Assembly: GCA_963734545.1 (NCBI GenBank)
Contig: CAVTHO010000006.1
Coordinates: forward strand, 352,001 to 416,000
Length of the DNA: 64,000 bases
Direction: 5' to 3'
From: an uncultured Spirochaetota bacterium
GTDB taxonomy: Bacteria > Spirochaetota > Spirochaetia > SZUA-6 > Fen-1364
This document shows positions 39,139 through 50,256 of this stretch, one piece after another. The stretch's first letter is position 1, and each line of letters starts with the position of its first letter. The translations under genes were made by a program, and so were the position numbers. Under the pieces are notes generated by a model, which ran no database searches, was not told the DNA's origin, and saw only the letters and a program-made list of their open reading frames with translations.

Positions 39139-40506
39139 TCAGCGGGATGAATCCGGCCGCAGAAATCTTCCCGACGGCTCCCCCACCACTGATCCGTCCC
39201 GGGCAACCGTGCGTCCGCGTACCAGCGTGCGCCGGACCGCCCCCTTCAGCGTGCGGCCGATATACGGGCTCAGGGCGTGCCGGTACAGGAGCTCGCTGTC
39301 CTGCAGAACGGACGCGCGTGACAGATCCACGAGCGCGAGGTCGGCGTCGGCGCCGACACGGATTCCGCCCTTGCCTGGCAGCCTGAACCGGTCCGCCACG
39401 TTCGAGGAGAGCAGCCCGGCGATCAGGGACGGAGGCAGGCCGAGTGTCAGCAGGACCCGGAGCGTCGTCTGGATCCCGCTGATCCCGCCCCAGGCTGCGA
39501 AAAAGTCCGGGGACGCGCCGCCGTTCGCGGTGGATTTGTTTTTCAGCTCCGGCGACGAGGGGGAATGATCCGAGCCGATCGTATCCACCCTGCCCGCGGC
39601 CACTTCGGCAAGGAGTTTTTCGCGCTCGTCGCTGCTGCGAAGCGGAGGAGAGCATTTCGCCGCCGCGCCCAGCCGCTCGACGTCTTCCTCTGACAGGAGC
39701 AGGTAGTGGGGGCAGGTCTCACAGGTCGCATCGCACTGTCCCGTGTCCGCGGCCTGCCTCACGAGCTCCACTCCGCGCGACGAGCTGGTGTGCACGACGT
39801 GCAGCGCGCACCCCGTCTCCTCCGCGAAGAGAAGGGCCCGGGATATGGCCTCGGCTTCAGCGATGACCGGTCGGGAGTCGAGATAGTCCCGCACGGACGT
39901 GCGGCCTTCCGACCGCGCGATCCCGGCGCGCGCGCGTGTCATTCCCTCGTTCTCCGCGTGCACCGCCACCGGCAGTCCCAGGCGCGCCGCGATCCGCATG
40001 CCCCGGTAAAGAGACTCGTCGTCACAGGCGCGGAAATCCTGGATGCCGCTGGAGGACATGAACGCCTTGAACCCGACCACACCGCACTCCGCCAGGGCTT
40101 CGAGCTGGTCGAGGTTGTCGGGGGTCAGCCCTCCCCACAGGGCAAAATCCGTTCGTGACGCGGCCCGGCAGGCGGCGAGCTTCAGCTCGAAGGAGGGAGC
40201 ATCGAGGGTGGGCGGCGAGGAGTTGAGCGGCATGTCGATGAAGCAGGTGCCGCCGCCTGCCGCGAGCGCCGCGGACCCTGTCGCGATGCCCTCCCAGTCC
40301 GTGCGGCCGGGCTCATTGAAATGGACATGGGCGTCGATCACGCCGGGGAAAGCGTGCAGACCGCGCGCGTCCATCGTCTCCTTCGCGCCTTCTGAGATCT
40401 CGGGGGCGAGGGCGGCGATTCTTCCCTCCCGTATGCCGATCCAGAGAGGAACCGGGCCCGAGGCGCCCACGACGAGCGCATCGCGGATCACGAGGTCGAG
40501 CGCCAC
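39139..40506 (-). CDS. allB: Allantoinase
   Basis: DAHVHFNEPGRTDWEG, DMPLNSSP, FKAF, VHAEN, ETCPHYL, SDHSP, WGGISG. Confidence 0.93.
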   Translation of the reverse strand: MALDLVIRDALVVGASGPVPLWIGIREGRIAALAPEISEGAKETMDARGLHAFPGVIDAHVHFNEPGRTDWEGIATGSAALAAGGGTCFIDMPLNSSPPTLDAPSFELKLAACRAASRTDFALWGGLTPDNLDQLEALAECGVVGFKAFMSSSGIQDFRACDDESLYRGMRIAARLGLPVAVHAENEGMTRARAGIARSEGRTSVRDYLDSRPVIAEAEAISRALLFAEETGCALHVVHTSSSRGVELVRQAADTGQCDATCETCPHYLLLSEEDVERLGAAAKCSPPLRSSDEREKLLAEVAAGRVDTIGSDHSPSSPELKNKSTANGGASPDFFAAWGGISGIQTTLRVLLTLGLPPSLIAGLLSSNVADRFRLPGKGGIRVGADADLALVDLSRASVLQDSELLYRHALSPYIGRTLKGAVRRTLVRGRTVARDGSVVGEPSGRFLRPDSSR

Positions 40507-40510
40507 TGCT

Positions 40511-40861
40511 TCAGCTTCCTCTATAGGTCGCGTACGACCAGGGAGAGACCAGCAGGGGGACGTGGTATTTCCCTCCCGGCTCGCTGACGATGAAGACAAC
40601 CGGCACGAGATCCAGGAACCTTCCCGCGTCAGGGTGACCGCGGCGCATGAAATAGGCCCCCACGTGGAACACGAGCTGGTAGGTCCCCGGGGACAGCGCG
40701 GGCCCTTCCAGCAGCGGGGCGTCCGTGCGTCCGTCCGCGTTCGCGACCAGCGTCTTGAGCAGGACCGCGGCCTCCGCGGTGACGCGCTCCAGGTCGATGC
40801 GCATGCCGGCCGCCGGTATGCCGCTCGCCGTGTCCAGGACATGCGTGCTGAGTCTGCCCAT
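40511..40861 (-). CDS. uraH: 5-hydroxyisourate hydrolase
   Basis: LSTHVLD, YHVPLL, C-terminal YRGS. Confidence 0.96.
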   Translation of the reverse strand: MGRLSTHVLDTASGIPAAGMRIDLERVTAEAAVLLKTLVANADGRTDAPLLEGPALSPGTYQLVFHVGAYFMRRGHPDAGRFLDLVPVVFIVSEPGGKYHVPLLVSPWSYATYRGS

Positions 40862-40864
40862 TGC

Positions 40865-41710
40865 TCACTCCCTTGCGACGGTCCCTTTGATGAGGCCATA
40901 AGGCTCGCTCGTGGCCGTGAAGATCTCGTTCTCGTTCGTCATCCCGAATGGCTGGAGGTTGACCAGGAGCCGATGCTGGTTGGGCATCGTGAAGCTGACG
41001 GAGCTTATCTCGGGAATACGCGCGAGCAGCGCTTCCCCCATTGCGTACAGGGTCTGCTGGACGCTCAGGCTGTCATGCGTGGCGAATGCCTCCAGGATCG
41101 TCTCTCGCGCCGTTTCGAAAACCGCGTTGAAGTCTGCCGGGCGCGCGCCATAGTCCCACGTGGCGTCGACGATGGTGGCGAAGATCCGGTCGGTGGTCTC
41201 CGGCAGCGTCGTGTACCTGTCCTTCAGGAACCCGGCGAATCGCGATCTCGTCGTCTTGATCACATCCAGTCCGGCAAGCCCGGCCCGGATGAGCGTGGCG
41301 CTTCCGCGCTTTCCGCGCACAAAGGCCGTGCGGACTGCGGATCCTTCTTTCTGGAACGCGTGCGCGTGCGGCGTGCCGTCCACCTCGATGCGCGACCACA
41401 GGGTCTGCTCCATGGAGATCTCGACCCAGTCCACGTGGCCGAAGCTTTCCAGGAAGTGGGACGCGAGGATCCGGCCGAACTCCTCCGCGGAATCGAAATC
41501 CGTGGCCTTTGCCAGCGCATACACCGTGTTCTTCATGGTGTCCGTCGGAATGCACGAAGAATTGTCGCCGTCGGTGTAAATTCGTTCGAAGGCGCCGCCC
41601 AGCGTGATCTGGACCGTGAGCTCGAAGAGGCTGTGCGTCTCCCCCTCGCGGACCACCTTGGTCAACCTCACCCTGCTCTTGCCGTAGCTGTTCTCCGTGA
41701 GCCGCGCCAC
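40865..41710 (-). CDS. pucL: Urate oxidase (uricase)
   Basis: YGKSRV, PTDTMKNT, KTTRS.F..F.KD.YTTL, SVQ, PN.H, PYG.I. Confidence 0.95.
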   Translation of the reverse strand: MARLTENSYGKSRVRLTKVVREGETHSLFELTVQITLGGAFERIYTDGDNSSCIPTDTMKNTVYALAKATDFDSAEEFGRILASHFLESFGHVDWVEISMEQTLWSRIEVDGTPHAHAFQKEGSAVRTAFVRGKRGSATLIRAGLAGLDVIKTTRSRFAGFLKDRYTTLPETTDRIFATIVDATWDYGARPADFNAVFETARETILEAFATHDSLSVQQTLYAMGEALLARIPEISSVSFTMPNQHRLLVNLQPFGMTNENEIFTATSEPYGLIKGTVARE

Positions 41711-41713
41711 CGC

Positions 41714-42235
41714 TCAGGTCTCCGCTACCGCATCCCGCAGCCGCAGCCGGGCAATCTTCCCGATCTCTGCAAGGGCCGTGGCGATTTCCTGCTCCCGCGT
41801 GTGAGCCAGGCGGGCGGGGAATGCCGCGAGGATCGCCTCTTTCCTGTTTTCCCGCGCGCAGATGACAAACGGCATTTCGAACTTCTCCCTGTACTCCCGG
41901 TTGTAGCGATCGAACAGATCGATGTCGATGTCGGAGAGGCTGCCCAGGCCGGCGGCTGCCTGCTCCGCTGCGGAATCCCGGGAGAGTTTTCCCTCCCGGG
42001 CCAGCCGGCCCACCAGGTCCGGGTGCGCGGAGATGAGCGCAAGCTGCTCCTCCCGTGTCGCCTTCCGCACGGTGGCCACAAGCTCCTCGTGGAGGGCCGC
42101 CAGCGTCGGAAAGGGCCGGCGCGGCCACGTCCGCGCGGCGATCCAGGGCGAGTGCTCGAACAGCGGCCCGCAGACAGCCACGAAACCGGCCTCGTCCCGG
42201 GCATTGAGGTCCGCCAGGGACGCTTTCACCTGCAT
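41714..42235 (-). CDS. uraD: OHCU decarboxylase
   Basis: FEHSPWIA, AHPDL, S..EQ..AGL, Y.EKF..PFVIC, EI.KIARLRL. Confidence 0.95.
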   Translation of the reverse strand: MQVKASLADLNARDEAGFVAVCGPLFEHSPWIAARTWPRRPFPTLAALHEELVATVRKATREEQLALISAHPDLVGRLAREGKLSRDSAAEQAAAGLGSLSDIDIDLFDRYNREYREKFEMPFVICARENRKEAILAAFPARLAHTREQEIATALAEIGKIARLRLRDAVAET

Positions 42236-43467
42236 ACCGCCTCCGCGACGATGCGCGCCGCGCACGCAATGTCGTCGATCCGGCTGAACTCGCCCGGGTT
42301 ATGGCTTATGCCGCCGCGGCTGGCCACGAAGAGCATGGCGGCAGGGAGCAGGGGAGCCAGTATCGCGGTATCGTGAAGGGCGCCGCTCGCTGTTTCCGGC
42401 AGCTCCAGCTCGAGACGCCAGGCAGCCTCCTGCAGGCGCTCGCACACTCCGGGGTCGAGCGGGACAGCCGGCAGGTCTTCCGTGCACGAGAGCTCGAGCG
42501 TGAGCCCCCGTGAGCGCGCGATTTCCTGCACGAGCTTCCGCACCTGCAGGTCGCCGTGTGCCAGTCCCTCGTTCGATCTTGCGCGAAAGTCGATGGTGAA
42601 GGCGACCCGGCCGGGGATCACGTTCACCGCGTTGGGCTGCACGTCCAGCCGGCCCACGGTGACAACCGTGTGCCCTTCGGTCTTGTCCTGGGCCCGGCCC
42701 AGGCCTTCCAGGGCAGTCACCACTTGCGCGGCCCCTGCCAGCGCGTCACGCCTGTCCACCATGGCGGTGGCACCCGCGTGATTCGCCTCCCCGGTGAGCG
42801 CGCACGAGTACTGGCGGCGCCCGGCGATGGCCGTCACCACTGCCACCGGTATTCCGGCGTTCCAGAGCGCGGGCCCCTGCTCCACGTGAGTCTCGATCAG
42901 CCCGTGGTAGGCAGCCGGATCGAGACGCTCCGCGTCCAGCCTCTTCGGGTCCACGCCGTGCGCCGCGCCTGCCGTGAGGTAGTCCCTGCCCTCGCGGTTG
43001 CGAAGCGTGCGGAGCTGATCGGCATTGGTCAGGCCGGCCCACGCGCGGCTGCCCAGCATGCCGAGATCGAACGTGGTCCCTTCTTCCTCTGCAAAAACGA
43101 TCAGCTCCATCGGCGCGTCCGGCGCGGCGCGGAGGATCTCCAGCGCCACCACCACTCCCGTCACTCCGTCGAACCTGCCGCCGGTGGGCACCGAGTCCAC
43201 GTGAGACCCGCACAGCCATGCCTTCTCCTGCCATCCGAGCCCCGCGGGCCGCGCATGCAGGTTGCCTGCCGCGTCGATGCGCACGACGCATCCGGCTTTC
43301 TGCGCTTCCTCCGCGACGTAGTCCCGGGCCCGGCGCCACGAGGGCGAGAATGTCGGACGGCTGAAACCGACCTGCGGGTCTGCCTCGGAGAATGCGGCGA
43401 TCTGCTCGATGTCCCGGGCCAGCCGATGGCCCGCCACCTGGATGCCGCTCACCCGGGAGGGCTTCAC
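42226..43467 (-). CDS. Allantoate amidohydrolase-like M20 Zn hydrolase
   Basis: GSHVDSV, DGVTG, EEEG, HVEQGP, NHAG, NVIPG, SGALHD, GISH. Purine cluster context. Confidence 0.88.
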   Translation of the reverse strand: MKPSRVSGIQVAGHRLARDIEQIAAFSEADPQVGFSRPTFSPSWRRARDYVAEEAQKAGCVVRIDAAGNLHARPAGLGWQEKAWLCGSHVDSVPTGGRFDGVTGVVVALEILRAAPDAPMELIVFAEEEGTTFDLGMLGSRAWAGLTNADQLRTLRNREGRDYLTAGAAHGVDPKRLDAERLDPAAYHGLIETHVEQGPALWNAGIPVAVVTAIAGRRQYSCALTGEANHAGATAMVDRRDALAGAAQVVTALEGLGRAQDKTEGHTVVTVGRLDVQPNAVNVIPGRVAFTIDFRARSNEGLAHGDLQVRKLVQEIARSRGLTLELSCTEDLPAVPLDPGVCERLQEAAWRLELELPETASGALHDTAILAPLLPAAMLFVASRGGISHNPGEFSRIDDIACAARIVAEAVCR

Positions 43468-44454
43468 TTTCCGAAATCCTTCCGCCACGCCGCCCCTGTC
43501 TTTTCGAACGCGCTCTCGGCGGCCGTGCGCCGCAGCCGGTGAAGCTGGGGGGTGCCCAGCTCCCACTCCTGCATCCAGTCGCGCGCAAAGGCCCCCTGCT
43601 CCGTTTCCTTGAAAATCTGGCGGACAGCATCCTCATTGATCACGCGCGGCCCGCGCGTGCGCACGGCGAACTCGCAGGTACGGCTGCAGCGGGTAGTGAG
43701 GTAGTTCTCGACTCCGTTTTCGTCCATCACGTCCAGCACGCTTCTGATGGAGCGCACTGCTTTTGCATATGCAAAGCTCGGCGGATAGCCGTTGTCCACC
43801 ATCACCTGGAAGCAGAGCCGCATGAGCTGGATTGCCCCGCCGTAGAGGATCTGCTCCTCGAAGTTGTCCCCCTCTGTTTCGTGCTGGAAGGAAAGCTCCA
43901 CCACGCCTGCCCTCGTGGAGCCCACTGCCTTGGCAATGGCAAGAGCGATCTCTCTGGCGCTGCCCGGTGGCGTCGTGCTCGACGCTCACGCAGCCGTAGA
44001 CCCCTTCCCCCTTCTTGTACTTTTCCCGCACGAGCGCGCCGGGGGCATTGGGGACGAACAACACCGTGTTGACGGTCTCCGGCGGACGGATGGCGCCGTA
44101 GAGCACGTTGAAGCCGTGACAGAAGCAGAGCGTCTGGCCCGGCCGCAGGTGCGGGGCGATCTCTTTCCTGTAGACGGACGGCTGCGCGGGATCGGCCAGC
44201 TCGATCAGGAGAATGTCCCCTTTTTTTGTCGCCTCCGAGACGCTCATCACGGGAAACCCGTCCGCCTGCGCCTGGCCGCGGGAAGGACTCTCCTCCGCCG
44301 GCCGGGACCCGACGATCACGGTGCAGCCGCTGTCCCGGGCGTTCGCGGCCTGCGCTTTGCCCTGGATGCCGTACCCGATGACGGCGATTGTCCGGCCCTT
44401 GAGAATCGACATGTCCACGTCGGCATCGCGGTAGATCTTCTCGGTGTTTTCCAT
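43464..44454 (-). CDS. Ketol-acid reductoisomerase (IlvC)-like NAD(P) oxidoreductase with altered active site (one frameshift near 43965)
   Basis: IAVIGYGIQG.AQA.N.RDSG, HGFN, G.TRAGV, ETEGDNFEEQ. The canonical AYFECLHE reads AYAKAVRS. Confidence 0.85.
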
Positions 44455-44463
44455 TCGTTTACC

Positions 44464-45218
44464 TCACAGGGCGATCTCTCGATTGACGTTCTTATAATAG
44501 ATGTATCTGGACGCGAACAGGGCCCGTGGCATAGTAGCTCTGCGGACAGAAGGGGCCCATCCAGATGAAGTCGGTGGCTTCGACCTCCATCCAGGTGTCA
44601 TCGAGGAAGTACGTGCCTTTGCCTTGCAGCACGTACAACCCGTGCTCCATGACGTGCGTCTCCGTGATTGGCAGGCTGTGTCCCACGTCGAATGTGAAGA
44701 TATTCATGGCCATGTCGAATGCGTTGTCATCCGGGATAAGTACCTGCAGGAGCGCGCCTGGGTCTTCGTAGTACACCTGGCCTTTGGCATTCTTCTCGTT
44801 TCCCACCACCGCGGAGAACATGGGGAACGCCCGTTGCCGGCTCGTAACGCTTGCGCAGCATCAGCAGAGAAGTCTGCGCGCTGGCAGCGGCGCTGAAACT
44901 TTTGTCCGGTGGAATGAGCGCGTAGCCGCCGCTCACCAGGGCATGGCTCTTCCCGTCGATGGTGAGGCCCAGGGCACCGGAGAGCACGTAAATGAAGAAC
45001 TCGATCTGTCCGTCCGCAGGATGCGCTCCGGCCTGGCCAGGCGCCAGGTCCAGCAGGTATTCCGCGAACCCCGCCCCCAGCGCCGGCCCGGCGAGCACGC
45101 GTACCTGCGCCTGCGGCCACTCGGGCAGCCGCGAGTAGGGGATCCCCTCGAGGGGAAGAAGGGCATAGCGGGGTTTCACGCGCGTCCGGCTGTGCAGGAG
45201 CTGACTCTGAGTTCTCAT
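44464..45218 (-). CDS. allE: (S)-ureidoglycine aminohydrolase, bicupin (two frameshifts)
   Basis: FDMAMNIF, ETHVMEHG, FIWMGPFCPQ, terminal YIYYKNVNR. Confidence 0.9.
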
Positions 45219-45311
45219 CGAGGACGAATATACTCATGGCAGAGTCGAATCGGGCAAGCGAACGATGGATGTTCGGCGGGGGCGGTCTACCGCGCGCGAG
45301 TCGAGCCGGCG

Positions 45312-46474
45312 CTACCGCGCTGAAATGTAGCTTATCGGAGCCCGCTCGATCTTCTCCACCGGCAGCACGTCCACCAGCTCGTACTTCCGCGTGCCCAGTC
45401 CCAGCTTCTCCCCGTACTCCACCACCAGGTAGGGGTCCTTGTAGGGGCCGTGCAGCCAGCGGAACGGGTGCCCCTCGCGCGTGTGGACTTCCATCGAGGT
45501 GGGGATGTTCTCCTCGATCAGGCGCAGTTCGCCGATTGCGTCCAGCACGGCCTGCTCCACGGCAACGATATCGTCCGAGCCGAAGATTCCCGCGTCCGGC
45601 AGGATGGGCATGCTGGTGAACCCGAAGCAGTCGCAGACCGGCGTCATCTGGTTGGCAAGGATGATGTGCACGGCCTTGCCCGGCGCAAAGGTGCCCAGAG
45701 AGAGGCTCGTGCTGATTGCCAGGCCTCCTGGAAGGCATGGAAGTTCACCTTGTCGATCTTCAGGCTGCCGGGGGGCGCCACTTTCAGGCAGCGCCCGCAC
45801 TGGTTGCACTCCTCGGGGTGCAGGTGAAGCTCCCGGGGGTTGTCCTTGTCCTCCACGAGCGCCGCGTGCGGACAGGAGGCGAGGACGCTTTTTCTGGCGG
45901 CCTCGTCGGGGCACTTGTCGGCGAACCAGTAGCGATCGAACTGCATTGCGTCGTGCATGGCGCTGCGCGTAGGACCGGCCATGCAGCCCAGGGCCAGGTT
46001 CTTGAACACCCCGCCGTAGCCGCAGCTCGGATGCCCCTTTGCATGCGCCAGGTTGACCAGGAATGTTGCGTCCTGGATCAGTCCGGCGACCTGCCACTTC
46101 TTGATGTTCTTGAAGGGGCGCTCATGCTCGTAGAAATACTTGTCATCCGGCCCGGCCGCGGCGTACACGGGGCAGCCCAGGGTCTCAGATGAGTAGCCGC
46201 GCTCCTCGGCGCCCTTGGCGTCCCAGGTCACATCGGCGATGTACGGCCGGCCGCCGCCGTCCTTGATGGCCTGCACGACCTTGCGCACGAAGACCGGGTG
46301 CACGGTCGAATAGCCGATCTTGTTTCCCGTGTGCATCTTGATCACCACAGTCTCGTCCTTGACGCGCTCGCGCAGCTTGAGGCGCTCGAGGATCAGATCG
46401 AGCTTGGCCGGCAGGGTTTCCCTGGCCTCGAGCCGGGCCTGACGGGGGGAGCCGAAATACACGGTGCTGGACAT
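45312..46474 (-). CDS. DUF362 domain 4Fe-4S protein (one frameshift near 45722)
   Basis: IKMHTG, HAKGH, GGVFKNLALGC, CNQCGRC, PVCDC, S.D.VA.E.A. Confidence 0.85.
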
Positions 46475-46574
46475 TTGCAGACCTCCCATTGGCATAGGGC
46501 AGTAGCTTATCATAGATGCGTTCTCGTGATAATGGGCGAATTCTGGTCGCCCAAACATCTTTGCGAGTTGTTTT

Positions 46575-46637
46575 ATAACGTTATTTTCTAATAATCTATT
46601 CTAACATGTGGACAAATCAAGATAACGCGTATATAAT
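46575..46637 (+). promoter_or_regulatory. Sigma70 promoter with LacI-like operators
   Basis: TGGACA 46609-46614, 17 nt, TATAAT 46632-46637. Palindrome ATAACGTTAT 46575-46584 and related ATAACGCGTAT in the spacer. Confidence 0.7.
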
Positions 46638-46669
46638 TCAAGGCCGATTGATAGGAAGGGAGTAGGCAC

Positions 46670-47713
46670 ATGATTGCAATTGCAGTTATTGCGCCCGGAC
46701 ACGTCGAACCGGTCGATATCCCGAAACCCAAGCCTGCGCCGTACGAAGCTTTGATAAAAAACAAGGCAGCCTACATCTGCAACGCCACCGACAGGAAGCT
46801 CGTGGCTGGTCATTTTCCCGGCATCGGAATCGAGAAGTATCCCCTCCTGCTCGGTCATGAGAGCGTCGGCGTCGTGGAAGAGGTGGGCTCCCGGGTGAAG
46901 AGCTTCAAGCCCGGTGACCGGGTGATCGGAGGGCTTCTCCTTTCGCCGACCAGCCCGCGCTTTTCTTCCGGCTGGGGCGGGAATTGCGAGTACGTGATTG
47001 CCACGGATCACGCGGCCATGCTCGCCGACGGCGTGGCGGACAAGGCGCACGGCTGGGACGAAATCTTCCAGATCATGAAAAAGCTTCCCGATGACATCCC
47101 GCTGGAGGCAGCCGCGCTCCTGTGCACGTGGCGCGAGGTGTACGCGGGCTTCAGCGACTTCCAGTTGAAGAAGGGCGACGACATACTCATTTTCGGCGCC
47201 GGGCCGGTCGGGCTCAGCTTCTGCCGCATGGCGAAGCTCCTCGGCCTGGGATGGGTCGGAGTGGTGGACCCCCTTCCCCAGAAGCGGGATCGGGCAAAGG
47301 CAATCGGGGCGGATGAGACATTCGCTCCTGATTCGGCCGAGCTGGCGGACCTGACCCGTCGCCGGGGCGCTCCGCTGGACGCGGTCATCGACGCGGTGGG
47401 AAGCGAACGCATCATCAACGCCGGCCTGCCGCTCATCAGGATGGCCGGCTCGCTGTGCGTGTACGGGGTGGTGGGGAGCGCGCAGATCACCGTTGCCAAG
47501 GACACGGGGCCCTACAACTTCAACCTGTTCATGCACCAGTGGCCGACACGGCCGGCGGAGGCGGCGGCACAGGAGCCGCTGATCGAGTGGATCAGGGCGG
47601 GCAAGCTCTCCCACAAGGATTTCCTGACAGCGGAGTACCCGGTGCGGGAGGCTGCGAAGGCCCTGCATGCAACCGAAGAGCCGGACGCGATCAAGACCCT
47701 GCTTCGTTTCTGA
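46670..47713 (+). CDS. MDR family dehydrogenase lacking the structural-Zn lobe
   Basis: ICNATD, LGHE, GAGPVG, DAVG. No four-Cys cluster. Confidence 0.88.
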   Translation: MIAIAVIAPGHVEPVDIPKPKPAPYEALIKNKAAYICNATDRKLVAGHFPGIGIEKYPLLLGHESVGVVEEVGSRVKSFKPGDRVIGGLLLSPTSPRFSSGWGGNCEYVIATDHAAMLADGVADKAHGWDEIFQIMKKLPDDIPLEAAALLCTWREVYAGFSDFQLKKGDDILIFGAGPVGLSFCRMAKLLGLGWVGVVDPLPQKRDRAKAIGADETFAPDSAELADLTRRRGAPLDAVIDAVGSERIINAGLPLIRMAGSLCVYGVVGSAQITVAKDTGPYNFNLFMHQWPTRPAEAAAQEPLIEWIRAGKLSHKDFLTAEYPVREAAKALHATEEPDAIKTLLRF

Positions 47714-47727
47714 GGAGCCGTAGTGAC

Positions 47728-49252
47728 ATGAACCGCTACATACTCGCGCACGATCTGGGGACATCGGGGAACAAGGCGACCCTTTTCACGACCGAGGGGA
47801 AGCTGGTGGGAAGCGTCACTGTTCCGTATGACACGCACTACTTCAACACCAACTGGGCCGAGCAGGAGCCCGAGGATTGGTGGAAAGCCGTGTGCTCCTC
47901 CACGCAATCCCTCGTGCGGGACGTGGATGCGCGCGAGATCGCCGTCATTGCATTCAGCGGCCAGATGATGGGCTGCCTCTGCGTGGACAGGGACGGACGG
48001 GCCCTGCGGCCCGCCATCCTGTACAGCGACCAGCGCGCGGTGAAGGAATGCGATTCGATCCTCCGGCAGATCGACGCACAAGAGTTCTACAAGACGACCG
48101 GCCATCGCGCCAGCGCCTCCTACTCGGTGGAGAAGCTCATGTGGGTGAAGGACCACGAGCCGCAGGTATATGCAAAGACATTCAAGATGCTCCACGCCAA
48201 GGACTACCTGAACTTCCGCCTCACCGGGGTCATGGCCACGGAGTATTCCGACGCGTCAGGCACGAACGTGCTCGACCTGAACAGCCTGCGCTGGTCGGAA
48301 AAAATCGTGCGCATCACCGGCATCGACGGCGAGAAGCTGCCCCCGCTCAAGGCATCCACCGACGTGGTCGGCACGCTCACGTCGGCCGCCGCCAGGGCGC
48401 TGGGGCTGCCCGCCGGAATTCCCGTGGTCGCCGGAGGAGGGGACGGGGTCTGCGCGGGGGTGGGCGTCGGATCGGTGAAACCGGGGATCACGTACAACTA
48501 CCTGGGTTCCTCATCGTGGATCGCGACCACGACAAAACAGCCGATTTACGACGAGCAAGATGCGCACCTTTGTCTGGGCGCATGCCGTTCCGGGGTACGT
48601 GCATCCCTGCGGCACCATGCAGACGGCGGGGGGCGCGTACGCGTGGCTGAAGAACGAGATCTGCACGATGGAAAAGGCAGCCGCGTCGGAGAGCGGCGGA
48701 AATCCCTACGAGCTCATCAACAGGGAGATAGAGAAATCTCCACCAGGAGCCAACGGCATCATTTTCCTTCCGTACCTGCTGGGGGAGCGCACGCCGCGAT
48801 GGAATCCGGATGCCAAGGGCGCCCTGATGGGCCTCACCCTGGAACATACGCGGGCGGACGTCCTGCGGGCCGTCATGGAAGGCGTGACGGTGAACCTGAG
48901 CATCATCCTGGACATTTTCCGGGAACAGATCCCCATCAGAGAGATCACCGTGATCGGCGGCGGAGCCAAGGGTGACGTGTGGCGAAGGATCATGGCGGAT
49001 GTCTACCAGGCGGATATCCTGCGGCCCAACTACCTCGAGGAAGCCACCTCCATGGGCGCCGCGATCATCGGCGGTGTCGGATGCGGGGTTTTCAAGGACT
49101 TCGACGTGGCAGACAGATTCATCACGATCACCGACCGGACGCGCCCGGACGCCGGCCTGCAGTCCGTCTACCAGGCAACAAAAGACCTGCTGAATGACAG
49201 CTACGATGCACTCGCCCCCCTCTTTCCGAGATACGGGAAGAGGACACGATAA
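47728..49252 (+). CDS. FGGY carbohydrate kinase, xylulokinase-like (one frameshift near 48558)
   Basis: HDLGTSGNK, SGQM, D.RA, SDASGT, GGGDG, PYLLGERTP, IGGGAK. Confidence 0.92.
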
Positions 49253-49269
49253 GCGCAAGGGAGATCTCC

Positions 49270-50256
49270 ATGCAGCAGCCCAGGCTCTTCGCAACGCTTC
49301 CCGACTACGTGAGCACGCCTGACGGCATGGCGATCGATCGGGAGGGCAATCTCATCCTTGCCTGCCCGAACTACGCGGACCCTTCGATGCCCGGGTGCAT
49401 CCTGAAAATCGACCCCCAGAAAAAGATCCGGAAATGGGTCGATGTTCCCGTGTCGGAGGAAACCGGACATGCGTTCCCCATGGGGATCGCATTCGGGCCT
49501 GACGGAGACCTGTATATATGCGACAACCAGGGCTGGTCAGGGGCTCCCGAGCTCGTCTTCAAGGGCCGCATACTCCGGCTGCGCATCAGGGACGACCGGG
49601 TCGTCAAGACCACGGTGGTTGCCAGCGGCATGGAGCATCCCAATGGGATGCGCATCAACAGGGACCACGTGTATGTCACGCACAGCATGCTCTCCCGGGT
49701 CAAGGACCCTTCCGGGCTCCTGGTGAGCTGCGTGTATCGATTCGGGCTGGATGAGGAAAACATCAGGATCACCAACACGCGGGAGGACGAGTCGATCCTC
49801 GCCACGTTCCTGACGCACAACAAGGACATCCAGTACGGCATGGACGGCATTGAGTTCGACAAGGCCGGCAATCTCTACGTGGGAAACTTCGGGGACGGGG
49901 CGGTCTACAAGGTCACGTTCAGGAACGATGGATGCGTCAAGGAAAGCAGGGTCTGGGCCCAGGATCAGACGCAGCTCAAGTCCACGGACGGCATGATCAT
50001 CGACTCAGAGGGGAACATATTCATCGCCGATTTCTGCGCAAACGCGGTGGCAAAGGTTGCGCCCGACGGAAAGGTGACCCGCATCGCCCAGAGCCCTGAC
50101 ACGGACGGCCTGCACGGGGAGCTGGACCAGCCCGGAGAGCCGATCATCTGGAGAGGCAAGCTGATCCTCACCTGCTTCGACCTGGTGACAGGGCCGCAGC
50201 AGGTGAACACGAAGCACGAGATGCCGGCCACACTGTCGGAGCTGGATCCCTGGTAA
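49270..50256 (+). CDS. SMP-30/gluconolactonase-like beta-propeller
   Basis: PDGMAID.EGNL, HPNG, DGIEFDKAGNLYV repeats. Confidence 0.8.
   Translation: MQQPRLFATLPDYVSTPDGMAIDREGNLILACPNYADPSMPGCILKIDPQKKIRKWVDVPVSEETGHAFPMGIAFGPDGDLYICDNQGWSGAPELVFKGRILRLRIRDDRVVKTTVVASGMEHPNGMRINRDHVYVTHSMLSRVKDPSGLLVSCVYRFGLDEENIRITNTREDESILATFLTHNKDIQYGMDGIEFDKAGNLYVGNFGDGAVYKVTFRNDGCVKESRVWAQDQTQLKSTDGMIIDSEGNIFIADFCANAVAKVAPDGKVTRIAQSPDTDGLHGELDQPGEPIIWRGKLILTCFDLVTGPQQVNTKHEMPATLSELDPW

Noticed and set aside
39139-40899. 586-aa allantoinase with N-terminal extension, and similar over-long starts at 4415, 24045, 39206, 58648 and 61896
   Set aside because: The extensions overlap neighbouring real genes or promoters, and homology begins at the downstream starts used in the feature list.
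43464-44454. Annotating as housekeeping ilvC
   Set aside because: Key metal-site Glu residues and the conserved Lys are substituted, and the context is purine catabolism.
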